Below, piece by piece: positions 43,497-52,331 of a stretch of 64,000 nt of DNA; within the stretch, counting starts at the first letter, position 1; each line of letters opens with the position of its first letter. Below the pieces are notes generated by a model, which saw only the letters and a list, made by a program, of their open reading frames with translations, had not been told where the DNA came from and searched no databases. The stretch is taken from positions 24,095 through 88,094 of the forward strand of contig JBBRLJ010000025.1 in assembly GCA_038231435.1 (NCBI GenBank), given 5' to 3'. The position numbers and the translations under genes were made by a program. Source of the DNA: Planctomycetota bacterium. Its GTDB lineage: Bacteria; Planctomycetota; UBA11346.

Positions 43497-45545
43497 TCAG
43501 TTGCGGAAATGCCAGAACAGGCGCGAGCGGTTCACCAGCGGATTGAGTTGATCGAGCCCTTGAGATATCCCGTCGAGGTAGCGGTCCTTCGCGGGCGCGC
43601 CCTGGTTCTGCCAGCAGAAGATGCCTTCGCCGCTGCGGAAAAAGGTGTACGGCTGTTCCTCGGCGATGATCGCCTGGATGCGTTTGGCGATCGCCACGCG
43701 CTCAGCGGTGTCGAACGTGGTGCGCAGTTTGTCGGCGAGTTCGTCCACCTCCTTGTTGGCGAAGCCACAGTGGTTGCTCGAACCCTGAAGGTCAACCTGG
43801 CTCGAATGCCAGAGCTGGAAGTAGTCGATGTCCCAGTCCATTTGCCATGCGCCCACCACAGCATCGAAGTCCTTGTCTTCGAGTACGCGCATCAGTTCCT
43901 TCCACTCGAACGGGCTGGGCTTCATCTCGATGCCGATCTTGCGCAACTCGTTACTGAAGATCATCAGGGTGTTGTCGTATTCGGGGCGGTTTGCGATGTA
44001 CTTGATGGTGAAGCTGAAAGACTTCTTCACTCCATCGGTGGTCTTGTCGAGGATGCCGTCGCCATCGCTGTCCGTCCAACCTGCCTCCGCCAGCAGGGTC
44101 TTGGCCTTGGCGAGATCGAAGGTGAACGGCTTGAGATCCTTATTGCAGTACTGGCTATCCGGGTGCACATCGCTGAGGACCGGCTGGCCCAGACCGTAGA
44201 AAACCTCCTTGATGATGCGGTCCTTCGGAAAGGCGAAGCTCATGGCCTGGCGAACGCGCTTGTCGTTGAACGGCGCATGGCGCATGTTCCAGCCAAGATA
44301 GCTGAAGCTCATGGACTTGACTCGCTCCCAGCCGAGCTGGCCCTGGCGTCCGGCCTTAGGATTGGCGGGGTCGAATGCGGCGAATCTCGGTTCGTTATGA
44401 TCGAGGATCTCGCTCTTGTACTTGAGGGGCGCCAATCCATCGACATGCACTTGGCCATTCTTGAAACCAACCAGCTGGGCGTCGTCCTGCTTCACATCGA
44501 GGATCCATTCGATGGCCTCGAAATGGAATGAGACTCCCCAATAATCCGGATTGCGCCGGAATCGCATGATCTTGTCGGGCTGATAGTCGTCGAGCAGGTA
44601 GGCGCCGACGCCGACCACTCCTCGCAACTCGTCGAACCAGTGCTTGTTGAAGGTGACGCCAAGTTGCTCGGCCGGTATCGGTGTGCCGTCGCGATTGCGG
44701 CCGTAGATATGGCGCGGCAGCGGCGAGACGCCCAGGCTCGCCGATAGGCTGGTGTAGACCTTGCGCTTCCAGCTGATGCGTAGCGTCTGCGGATCGAGGA
44801 CTTCTACCTTATCGAGGTCCTCATAGTAGTTGCGCAGGCTCGGGCAGTCGACGGCAGGGTTCATAATCAGGTCGAGAGTGAATTTGAAATCATCAGCGGT
44901 GAGCTCGACGTCAGTGTCCAGCCATTTGAATTCAGCGCGCTTGGCGATGGCCGGCCGCTGCCAGCGGATGCCCTTGCGGATGTTGAACGTGTAGACCTTG
45001 AAATCGTCGCTGATTACCGCCGACTCAGCCAGGCACGAACTCCACTGCTCAGGATGGGTGGGAGGACGCTCGCACAGGGAATCGTTGACCAGCGCATGCA
45101 CCGACTGAGTGGTTGCTGAATTGTCGGTGAGCGGATTGAGCTGCTTGGGCGTAGCATCGAACACCTTGAGCGTGCCGCCGACCCATTCGGGATGGAAGAA
45201 CGACCGGTCGTACGGGATGAGGAAATTCACGCCGAGCTTCGGGTTGCCGTCGCGATCCTTGTCCACCGCCGGCTGCGTCGCGGTGGGATTCTTCGGATCT
45301 GCGATGGTGAGCTTCGGGTCTACGCTTGGCGCCGACCCGGTCCCGGAAGAAACTTGCGCAGGGTGAGCCTCGACAGCTTGGCGCAGCGCGTGCAGTTCCT
45401 GGATCTGTTGCTGGCTCGCCTCGTTCAGCTGCACGAGAGACTTGTTGATCTCGCGCAGCGGCGCCGCCTCGCGCGCGCGGTCGACGATGAACACTAGCAG
45501 CAGCACCGCGACCACGATGAGCAGGCCGATCTTGAGCGCATTCAT
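43497..45545 (-). CDS. oligopeptide ABC substrate-binding protein (family 5)
   Basis: LNPL, LTADDFKFT, PFNDKRVRQAM and AKAKTLLAEAGW motifs. Confidence 0.92.
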   Translation of the reverse strand: MNALKIGLLIVVAVLLLVFIVDRAREAAPLREINKSLVQLNEASQQQIQELHALRQAVEAHPAQVSSGTGSAPSVDPKLTIADPKNPTATQPAVDKDRDGNPKLGVNFLIPYDRSFFHPEWVGGTLKVFDATPKQLNPLTDNSATTQSVHALVNDSLCERPPTHPEQWSSCLAESAVISDDFKVYTFNIRKGIRWQRPAIAKRAEFKWLDTDVELTADDFKFTLDLIMNPAVDCPSLRNYYEDLDKVEVLDPQTLRISWKRKVYTSLSASLGVSPLPRHIYGRNRDGTPIPAEQLGVTFNKHWFDELRGVVGVGAYLLDDYQPDKIMRFRRNPDYWGVSFHFEAIEWILDVKQDDAQLVGFKNGQVHVDGLAPLKYKSEILDHNEPRFAAFDPANPKAGRQGQLGWERVKSMSFSYLGWNMRHAPFNDKRVRQAMSFAFPKDRIIKEVFYGLGQPVLSDVHPDSQYCNKDLKPFTFDLAKAKTLLAEAGWTDSDGDGILDKTTDGVKKSFSFTIKYIANRPEYDNTLMIFSNELRKIGIEMKPSPFEWKELMRVLEDKDFDAVVGAWQMDWDIDYFQLWHSSQVDLQGSSNHCGFANKEVDELADKLRTTFDTAERVAIAKRIQAIIAEEQPYTFFRSGEGIFCWQNQGAPAKDRYLDGISQGLDQLNPLVNRSRLFWHFRN

Positions 45546-45640
45546 GGGCGAAACCTCGGGCCGGAAGCCTAGGCCATGGGTCGGCAAGGCAATGCGGTAG
45601 CCCCCTGGGCCCGCTCGCCTGTCCCCGGGCTATTTCCCGT

Positions 45641-47590
45641 CTATTTCCCGCCCTCGACGCGCGCCACCACCACCTGGAAGCGGTAGCGCGCGACCTGCTC
45701 GAGCCAGTCCACGCGTTCGCGGGCGCAGGCGAGCAGGCGATCGAAGTCCTTCTTGCCGGGCAGGGTGAGGAATTTCTGGGCGGGGGCGTTGGGCAGGGCG
45801 GCGAGCTCGGCGCACGAGACATCGAGCTGCGACAGCGCGACGCGAGCGAGGTGCTCATCGGCCATCAGCCGGGAATCGGGTTCGCCGAGGCGGAAATCGC
45901 TGTGCGCGGCCTCCGAGAACACGGTTTCGCAGGTGCCGGCCAGCTGGGTCAGCTCGGCGGCGAGACGCGCCACCGTCTGGACGTTGGTCTCGCGTTTGGG
46001 CTTTTCTACCCTGACCACGTTCTCGCCGCGGGCCTCGAGCAGGGTACGGAAGTAGAGCGCCACGCACTCCTCGAGGATCGGTGCCAGGTCCGAGGCCGGC
46101 AGGGCCGCCTTGGCCCGGCGCTTGAGGATGGTGTCGAGGTCGGCCGCGACGATCGCGGGCAGGGCCAGGATGCCGCTGCCCGCATCCATGCGGATGGTCA
46201 AGCTCACCGGCGGCGGATCGCCAAGCTTCTCGCGCCAATCGGCGACCAGGCCGACCAGCTCCTTGAATACCGCGCGCAGCTTGGGCACCTGGCGCGCGAG
46301 CACGGTGACGCCCGCGGCCCAGCGCGCCCGCTCGATGAAGGCGAGCACGTCGCGTCCAGCGTCGCGCGTCGCCTGGGCGAGGCTGGGCAAGGCCTTGAAA
46401 TCGTATTTCGCGCCCATGCCGAACAGGCGCGGGCGGAAGCGCTTCGGATCGTCGCACAGCGGCGAGATGCGACGCAGCTCATCCAGGCTGCGCGTCAGCT
46501 CGCCGAGCTGGCGGTCGAGGATCTTGACCGCGGTGTCGCTGTCGGCGAGCGGCAGCGAGATCACGCGCTCGAGCATGCGCACCTTCTCGACGGTGGTCTT
46601 CCAGTCCTTGCCGGCTTCGAACTCGGCGAAGGCCTGGCGGTAGTACTTGAGGCGCTCGTCAAGGTCCTTGCCATCGCCACCGATGTCGCCGGCGTCGAGG
46701 CGCTCGAGGCGGCGATCGCGGCTGGCGACCTCTTCCATCAGCTCGCGGCGCTGAGCCTCGAGCGAGGCCATCTGCGTGCGCAGGTCGCGCACGGTGGTCT
46801 CGAGCTCGCGGCGCGCGCCGTCGAGCTTGCGCACGTCCTCGACCACGGCCATGGCCTCAGGCGGCAGAGGCGGCGGCTGCTGATTCAGCGCCACCGCGCG
46901 GATCGCAGCGATGAACGTCCCGAGTGCGGCGATGGTCTCTTGCATGCGCTTGCGGTTCGCGAGCAGATCGTGGCGGTAGCGCGCGAGCAGGCGCTGCACC
47001 TGGCTCGCCAGCGGCTCGCCCGGCTGCGGCGGCACGTGCGCCTCCTTCAATGCGACCTCGATCACCGCCACTGCGCGACTGATCTCGTCGCTCGAATGGG
47101 CGGTCTCGAGCTGCGCCGAGCCGAGCTGCGCCTGATGGGTGGAGAGATCCTTGATCAGGTGGTCGATGCGCTCGTTGATGGTCTGGTGGCGATCGTGCCA
47201 GAGCTCGGCGAGCGCCGCCATCAGTTCGGCGGCGAGGGCGAGATCCGGCACCTCTCCGGGCGCGAGCGTGGCAATACGGTCGTCGAGTGCGCGCGCCTTG
47301 TCGCGGAACTTGACCGCCTCGAAGGCGGCCTCGTCGGGACGGAAGCAGGCGAAGAAGGTGTGCCAGAGCTCGAGCGACGATTCGCCCACCTGGCGGCCCG
47401 TCGCCGGAGGCAGCATCAGGTCGCCGATCGCGCCCAGCGGATCGCCGCCGAGGTAGCCGCGCAGCCGCGCGGCGCGCAGCACCGCCTCGGCCAGCGACTC
47501 GTACTGCTGGTGCAGCGCGGTCAGCGCGCGGGCGTTCTCCTGCTGGATCTGCCGCTCGAGACGCAGGACCGTCGACTGGATGCCTGACAT
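45641..47590 (-). CDS. hypothetical large helical/coiled-coil protein
   Basis: 649-aa ORF with typical codon bias and long heptad segments. No motif recognised. Confidence 0.75.
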   Translation of the reverse strand: MSGIQSTVLRLERQIQQENARALTALHQQYESLAEAVLRAARLRGYLGGDPLGAIGDLMLPPATGRQVGESSLELWHTFFACFRPDEAAFEAVKFRDKARALDDRIATLAPGEVPDLALAAELMAALAELWHDRHQTINERIDHLIKDLSTHQAQLGSAQLETAHSSDEISRAVAVIEVALKEAHVPPQPGEPLASQVQRLLARYRHDLLANRKRMQETIAALGTFIAAIRAVALNQQPPPLPPEAMAVVEDVRKLDGARRELETTVRDLRTQMASLEAQRRELMEEVASRDRRLERLDAGDIGGDGKDLDERLKYYRQAFAEFEAGKDWKTTVEKVRMLERVISLPLADSDTAVKILDRQLGELTRSLDELRRISPLCDDPKRFRPRLFGMGAKYDFKALPSLAQATRDAGRDVLAFIERARWAAGVTVLARQVPKLRAVFKELVGLVADWREKLGDPPPVSLTIRMDAGSGILALPAIVAADLDTILKRRAKAALPASDLAPILEECVALYFRTLLEARGENVVRVEKPKRETNVQTVARLAAELTQLAGTCETVFSEAAHSDFRLGEPDSRLMADEHLARVALSQLDVSCAELAALPNAPAQKFLTLPGKKDFDRLLACARERVDWLEQVARYRFQVVVARVEGGK

Positions 47591-47802
47591 GTCCTGGTTA
47601 TGCGCGAGTGGGGCCGCGCGGCAATGCGGAGTCGCCCTCCGGCGCGCGCGTGTGGCAGTGAGAAAAACCCCGAGATGCGCGGTGAAGATGCATGGACAGC
47701 ACTCCTCGGGAGACCACACTCCGCGTGCTCCGCCACCACCTGTCGGCTGCATGGCCCGCGCGCTCCGACATCGTCGTCCCCGAACCGGACCCCACCACGA
47801 CC

Positions 47803-49236
47803 ATGCCTTCCCTGCTCATCGACATGCCCTCGGGAATCGCCGGCGACATGCTGCTCGGCGCCTTGGTCGGCTGCGGCGGCGACGTCGCGCGCATGCGCGA
47901 GGACTTGCTGGTGCTGGGGCTCGGGCCGATCGGCGTGACCGCCACGCGGGTGCAGGTCGGCGGCCTCGCGGCCTGGCGCGTCGAGGTCGAGGCCGAGCAG
48001 GGCGCGCGCTGGTCGCAGGGCGACGACGCCGCGCACGCTCATTCTCACGCTCACGTCCATGGCGATGGCGATGGCGGACACCACCACCACCACCACGAAG
48101 ACCTGCCGAAGCTCTCGCTCAAGCCGCCGTCGGCCGCGAGCACGCCGCCGGTGCCGGCCTCGACCTCTCACCACGTGCACCGGCCCTACCGCGCGATCCG
48201 CGAGCTGATCGCCGCCGCCGCGCTGGCGCCGCGGGTCAAGGAGCGCTCGCAGCGCGTGTTCAGGCTGCTCGCCGAGGCCGAGGGCGCGGTGCATGGCGTG
48301 GCCGCCGACGAGGTCGAATTCCACGAGGTCGGCGCCATCGACGCGATCGCCGACGTGGTCGGCTGCTGCCTGCTGCTCGAGCAGCTCGCGATCGACGAGG
48401 TCGTCGCATCCTCGATCGTGCCGGGCCACGGCACGGTGCGCTGCGCGCACGGCCTGATGCCGGTGCCGGTGCCGGCGGTGGCGGCGATGCTCGCCTCGAC
48501 CGGCGCGCCGATGCGAGCGCTGTCGTGGGAGACGGGCGAACTGACCACGCCCACCGGCTGCGCGCTGGTGTGCGGCTTGGCGACGCGCTTCATCGGCATC
48601 GGCATCGGCGATGTCGCGACCCCTGACGGCAAAGCCCCCTCACTCTCGACCGAGGTCGGAACCTGGCGCGTGCTGGCCTCCGGCTTCGGCGCTGGCGGCA
48701 AACGCATCCCCGGGCTCGTGAACGCCGTGCGCTGCACGCTCGTCGCAGCCTCGACCATTGCGTCAGCCGACCAGCATACCTCGGATTGCGTGGTCGAGAT
48801 CGTCTGCCAGGTGGACGACGCCACTGGCGAGCAACTCGCCGCGCTGGTCGACGAGATGCTCTCGGCCGGGGCGCTCGACGCCTTTCTCACCCCGGTGGTG
48901 ATGAAGAAGGGGCGGCCTGGCCACCTGATCACGCTGATCGCGCCTCCTGCCGAGCGGGAACGCCTGAGCGCGCTGCTGCTATCGCGCTCGAGTTCGATCG
49001 GCGTGCGCTTCCACGTGATGGCGCGCCAGACCCTTCCGCGCCATGCGGCATCGGTGATGGTCGCAGGCCACGTCATCGCGCTGAAGGTCGTCACCCTGCC
49101 CGATGGCGGCGAGCGCGCGAAGCCCGAGGCCGACGATGTCGGCGCCGCCGCGCGCGCCTTGTCGTGGAGCTTCGCACGCGTGCAGGAGGAGGCCCTGCGT
49201 GCATGGTCGGCGGGCAATGGGACCGAGCCGGGATGA
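47803..49236 (+). CDS. larC: nickel pincer cofactor biosynthesis protein LarC
   Basis: SGIAGDMLLGAL, His-rich insert, FHEVGAIDAIAD, CAHG.MPVP, ELTTPTG, MKKGRPG and KPE motifs. Confidence 0.93.
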   Translation: MPSLLIDMPSGIAGDMLLGALVGCGGDVARMREDLLVLGLGPIGVTATRVQVGGLAAWRVEVEAEQGARWSQGDDAAHAHSHAHVHGDGDGGHHHHHHEDLPKLSLKPPSAASTPPVPASTSHHVHRPYRAIRELIAAAALAPRVKERSQRVFRLLAEAEGAVHGVAADEVEFHEVGAIDAIADVVGCCLLLEQLAIDEVVASSIVPGHGTVRCAHGLMPVPVPAVAAMLASTGAPMRALSWETGELTTPTGCALVCGLATRFIGIGIGDVATPDGKAPSLSTEVGTWRVLASGFGAGGKRIPGLVNAVRCTLVAASTIASADQHTSDCVVEIVCQVDDATGEQLAALVDEMLSAGALDAFLTPVVMKKGRPGHLITLIAPPAERERLSALLLSRSSSIGVRFHVMARQTLPRHAASVMVAGHVIALKVVTLPDGGERAKPEADDVGAAARALSWSFARVQEEALRAWSAGNGTEPG

Positions 49237-49257
49237 CGAGTGCGGACGACGGTCAGG

Positions 49258-49293
49258 AAGATGTAAGCCAAGACGTAAGCCAAGACGTAAGGA
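49258..49293 (+). repeat. 12-bp tandem repeat x3 (AAGAYGTAAGSM) before the rhamnosidase start
   Basis: AAGATGTAAGCC AAGACGTAAGCC AAGACGTAAGGA. Confidence 0.85.
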
Positions 49294-49300
49294 AGATACC

Positions 49301-51697
49301 ATGCTGAAAGACTTGCCCCTGACCTCGTGCGGACCTCGCTCGGCGTCGTTCCAGAGCGCCAAGCCGGTGTGGCTGGCGGGCAAGAAGACCGAGAAGAACT
49401 GCACCGCTGGATTCCGCGCGCTGTTCCCCGCGCCCACCCAGCCGGGGTGCCATGTAGCCATCGCCGCGTCCTCGCTCTACCGCGTGTTCTTGAACGGCGA
49501 GTTCGTCGGGCATGGCCCGGCGCGCGGCCCGCACGGCCACTACCGCGTCGACATCTGGTCGCTCGACGCGCGCATCAAGCCAGGTGAGAACCTGATCGCC
49601 ATCGAGGTAGCCGGCTACAACGTCAACAGCTACTACCTGCTCGACCAGCCGAGCTTCCTCCAGGCCGAGCTGGTCGCCGACGGCGCAGTGGTGGCGGCGA
49701 CCATGGGCCACGGCAGTGCCTTCGTCGCCCGCCAGATCAAGGAACGCGTGCAGAAGGTGGTGCGCTACAGCTTCCAGCGCCCGTTCACCGAGGCCTACAA
49801 GATGCGCGCCGGCCACGACGCCTGGCGCCGCTCGGCCAAGGACAAGTTCATCGCCGAGGAGGTCAGCGAGCAATCCGAGCGTTGGCTGATCCCGCGCCGC
49901 GTCCCGCACGCGCGCTTCGAGCGCCGCCAGCCCAGCGCCATCGTCTCGTCGGGCAAGCTGCAGACCGGCGCCGCGGTGGAGCGCATCTGGAAGGACCGTT
50001 CGCGCACGGATGTCGGCCCCAAGCTCGAGGGCTTCCCCGACGGCGAGATCGAGACCGATCCGTCGCTCGAGTGGCAGCAGGTCCTACCGCTGCGTGGTGG
50101 CGGCGGTTCCAGGCCCTTCCGCGCTGGCGAGGCGATGCCGAGCGAGGAGAAGTCCTACCGGGTCTTCGACTTCGGCACCAACCTCACCGGCTTCATCGGC
50201 GCGCGCCTGAGCGTGAAGACCGCGGCCAAGGTGTTCATGGTGTTCGACGAGATCCTCAGCGGGCCGCGCGGCGGGCTGATCGAGTTCAACCGCGGCGGCT
50301 GCGTCGACATTGTCGCCTACGAGCTGTCGCCCGGCGAATACGAGCTCGAGAGCTTCGAGCCGTACACCTTGCGCTACCTGCAGATCGCGGTGCTCGCTGG
50401 CGAATGCACCTTCACCGGCGTGCATCTGCGCGAATACGCCAACGACTCGGTGTGGGAAGCCGCCTTCGCCTGCGATGATCGGCGCCTCAACGAGGTCTTC
50501 GCGGCCGGCCGCGAGACCTTCCGCCAGAACGCCATCGACATCTTCATGGACTGTCCGTCCCGGGAACGGGCGGGCTGGCTGTGCGACAGCTTCTTCACCG
50601 CGCGCGTCGCCTTCGACCTGTGTGGCGACGCGTCGATCGAGGCCTCGTTCATCGAGAATTTCCTGCTGCCCGAGCGCTTCGAGCACCTGCCCGACGGCAT
50701 GCTGCCGATGTGCTACCCCGCCGACCACAACGACGGCATCTTCATCCCCAACTGGGCGCTGTGGTTCGTGGTCGAGCTCGAGGAATACCTCGCGCGCTCG
50801 AACGACCGCGCGCTGATCGACGCGTTGAAGCCCAAGGTGATGGCGCTGTTCGCCTACTTCGAGCGCCTGGTCAATGCCGACGGCCTGCTCGAGAAGCTCG
50901 AGAGCTGGGTGTTCCTCGAATGGTCGAAGGCGAACGAGTTCACCCAGGACGTGAACTACCCGAGCAACATGCTGTTCGCGCGCGCGCTGGAAGTGGCTGG
51001 GAAGCTGTATCACGACGAGGGCTTGCGCCAGCGCGCCGAGCGCGTGCGTGAAACCATCCGCGCGCAGTCCTACGATGGCTCCTGGTTCGTCGACAATGCC
51101 GTGCGCACCGACGGCAAGCTGGTCCGCACCGCCAACCGCTCCGAAGTCTGCCAGTACTACGCCTTCTTCCTGGGCACCGCGTCGCCCGAGACGCATCCGG
51201 CGCTGTGGAAGACCCTCGCCAGCGAGTTCGGCCCAGACCGCATCCAGCGCGGCGCGCACACCGACATCCATCCGGTGAACGCCTTCATCGGGACGTATCT
51301 GCGCCTCGAGTTGCTTTCGACCCACGGCCGCGGGCAGCAGCTGCTCGATGAAGCGATCGGCTGGTTCCACGAGATGGCCAAGCGCACGGGCACCCTGTGG
51401 GAGAACCTCTCGTCCAACGCCAGCTGCAACCACGGCTTCGCCTCGCACATCGTGCACGCGCTCTACCGCGACGCGCTCGGCGTGCGCGCGGTCGACCCGA
51501 TCGGCAAGACCGTGCGCATCCGGCTGGGTGGCTCGACGCTCGGCTGGTGCGAGGGGCGCATCCCCTGCCCCGGCGGCGCGATCTCGGTGACATGGTGGAA
51601 GGATGGCAAGACGGTGCGCTACCGCGCCGACGCGCCATCGGGCTATCGCGTCGAGGTCACCAGCGAGCAGGGTGCCGAGATCGTCGCCGATTCCTGA
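49301..51697 (+). CDS. alpha-L-rhamnosidase-like glycoside hydrolase (GH78)
   Basis: YRVFLNG..VGHGPAR, DFGTN, MDCPSRERAGW, TLWE and SCNHGF motifs. Confidence 0.88.
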   Translation: MLKDLPLTSCGPRSASFQSAKPVWLAGKKTEKNCTAGFRALFPAPTQPGCHVAIAASSLYRVFLNGEFVGHGPARGPHGHYRVDIWSLDARIKPGENLIAIEVAGYNVNSYYLLDQPSFLQAELVADGAVVAATMGHGSAFVARQIKERVQKVVRYSFQRPFTEAYKMRAGHDAWRRSAKDKFIAEEVSEQSERWLIPRRVPHARFERRQPSAIVSSGKLQTGAAVERIWKDRSRTDVGPKLEGFPDGEIETDPSLEWQQVLPLRGGGGSRPFRAGEAMPSEEKSYRVFDFGTNLTGFIGARLSVKTAAKVFMVFDEILSGPRGGLIEFNRGGCVDIVAYELSPGEYELESFEPYTLRYLQIAVLAGECTFTGVHLREYANDSVWEAAFACDDRRLNEVFAAGRETFRQNAIDIFMDCPSRERAGWLCDSFFTARVAFDLCGDASIEASFIENFLLPERFEHLPDGMLPMCYPADHNDGIFIPNWALWFVVELEEYLARSNDRALIDALKPKVMALFAYFERLVNADGLLEKLESWVFLEWSKANEFTQDVNYPSNMLFARALEVAGKLYHDEGLRQRAERVRETIRAQSYDGSWFVDNAVRTDGKLVRTANRSEVCQYYAFFLGTASPETHPALWKTLASEFGPDRIQRGAHTDIHPVNAFIGTYLRLELLSTHGRGQQLLDEAIGWFHEMAKRTGTLWENLSSNASCNHGFASHIVHALYRDALGVRAVDPIGKTVRIRLGGSTLGWCEGRIPCPGGAISVTWWKDGKTVRYRADAPSGYRVEVTSEQGAEIVADS

Positions 51698-51740
51698 GGC
51701 CGAACATGGCCACTTGGGCGGCGACCGCGCCGTGGCCCGT

Positions 51741-51953
51741 TCAGCGGCTGGCGGTCAGCGGCGTGGACGACGACGCCTCGACCTCGGCGAGGATGCCGAG
51801 CAGCTCTTGCGAACACACGAAGCAGCCGGAACCGCAGCAGCGTAGACGCGCGCGATCCTCGCGACCATCCAACAGACGTTCGATGCGTTCGCGCAGGGCC
51901 GGGCTGTAATTGCGCCGCGCCAAGGCGGCGTCGATGAGGGCCCCACGATCCAT
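51741..51953 (-). CDS. small Cys-cluster protein (CCGSGCFVC)
   Basis: 70 aa with a four-Cys motif resembling the oxidoreductase-like N-terminal domain. GGAG upstream. Confidence 0.65.
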   Translation of the reverse strand: MDRGALIDAALARRNYSPALRERIERLLDGREDRARLRCCGSGCFVCSQELLGILAEVEASSSTPLTASR

Positions 51954-52009
51954 ACTTCATTCTGACACTCCTTGCGCTCATCCGCAACCCGAATGCGCTT
52001 ATTTTTCGT

Positions 52010-52140
52010 GGGCTTCGCTCCCGGGCCCCCACGGCCTTTGTCGTCCTTCTTGGTGTCCCTACGGGCCACAAAGTTTGCGTGATGGGCTGCACCCATTATT
52101 CACGCAAACCAGGACTCGGCGGCCGGTCGCTTCGCTCCGG
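52010..52140 (+). repeat. diverged copy of repeat family A
   Basis: Shares CCCCACGG.CTTTGTCGT, the long bulged hairpin and the CTCGGCG.CCGGTCGCTTCGCTCCGG tail seen at about 19417-19442. Confidence 0.7.
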
Positions 52141-52331
52141 CTTGAGCGGAGGCTTCGCACCCGCACCGGGAAGGCATCAACCCCGGGGGCCCCATCGCCC
52201 AGACAGGCGCACCTAGGACGTAAAAACGGTCTGGACCAGCGTAAGGCGTGGTCTGCCGGCTCCGTTGACCCCCCTCCGCCACGGCTACCCTGATGGTCCC
52301 TGGAGCTTACATGGTCCTCAGCCTCGATTGC

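Noticed and set aside
47803..49236. Programmed frameshift in larC
   Set aside because: Both LarC halves are in one continuous frame here.
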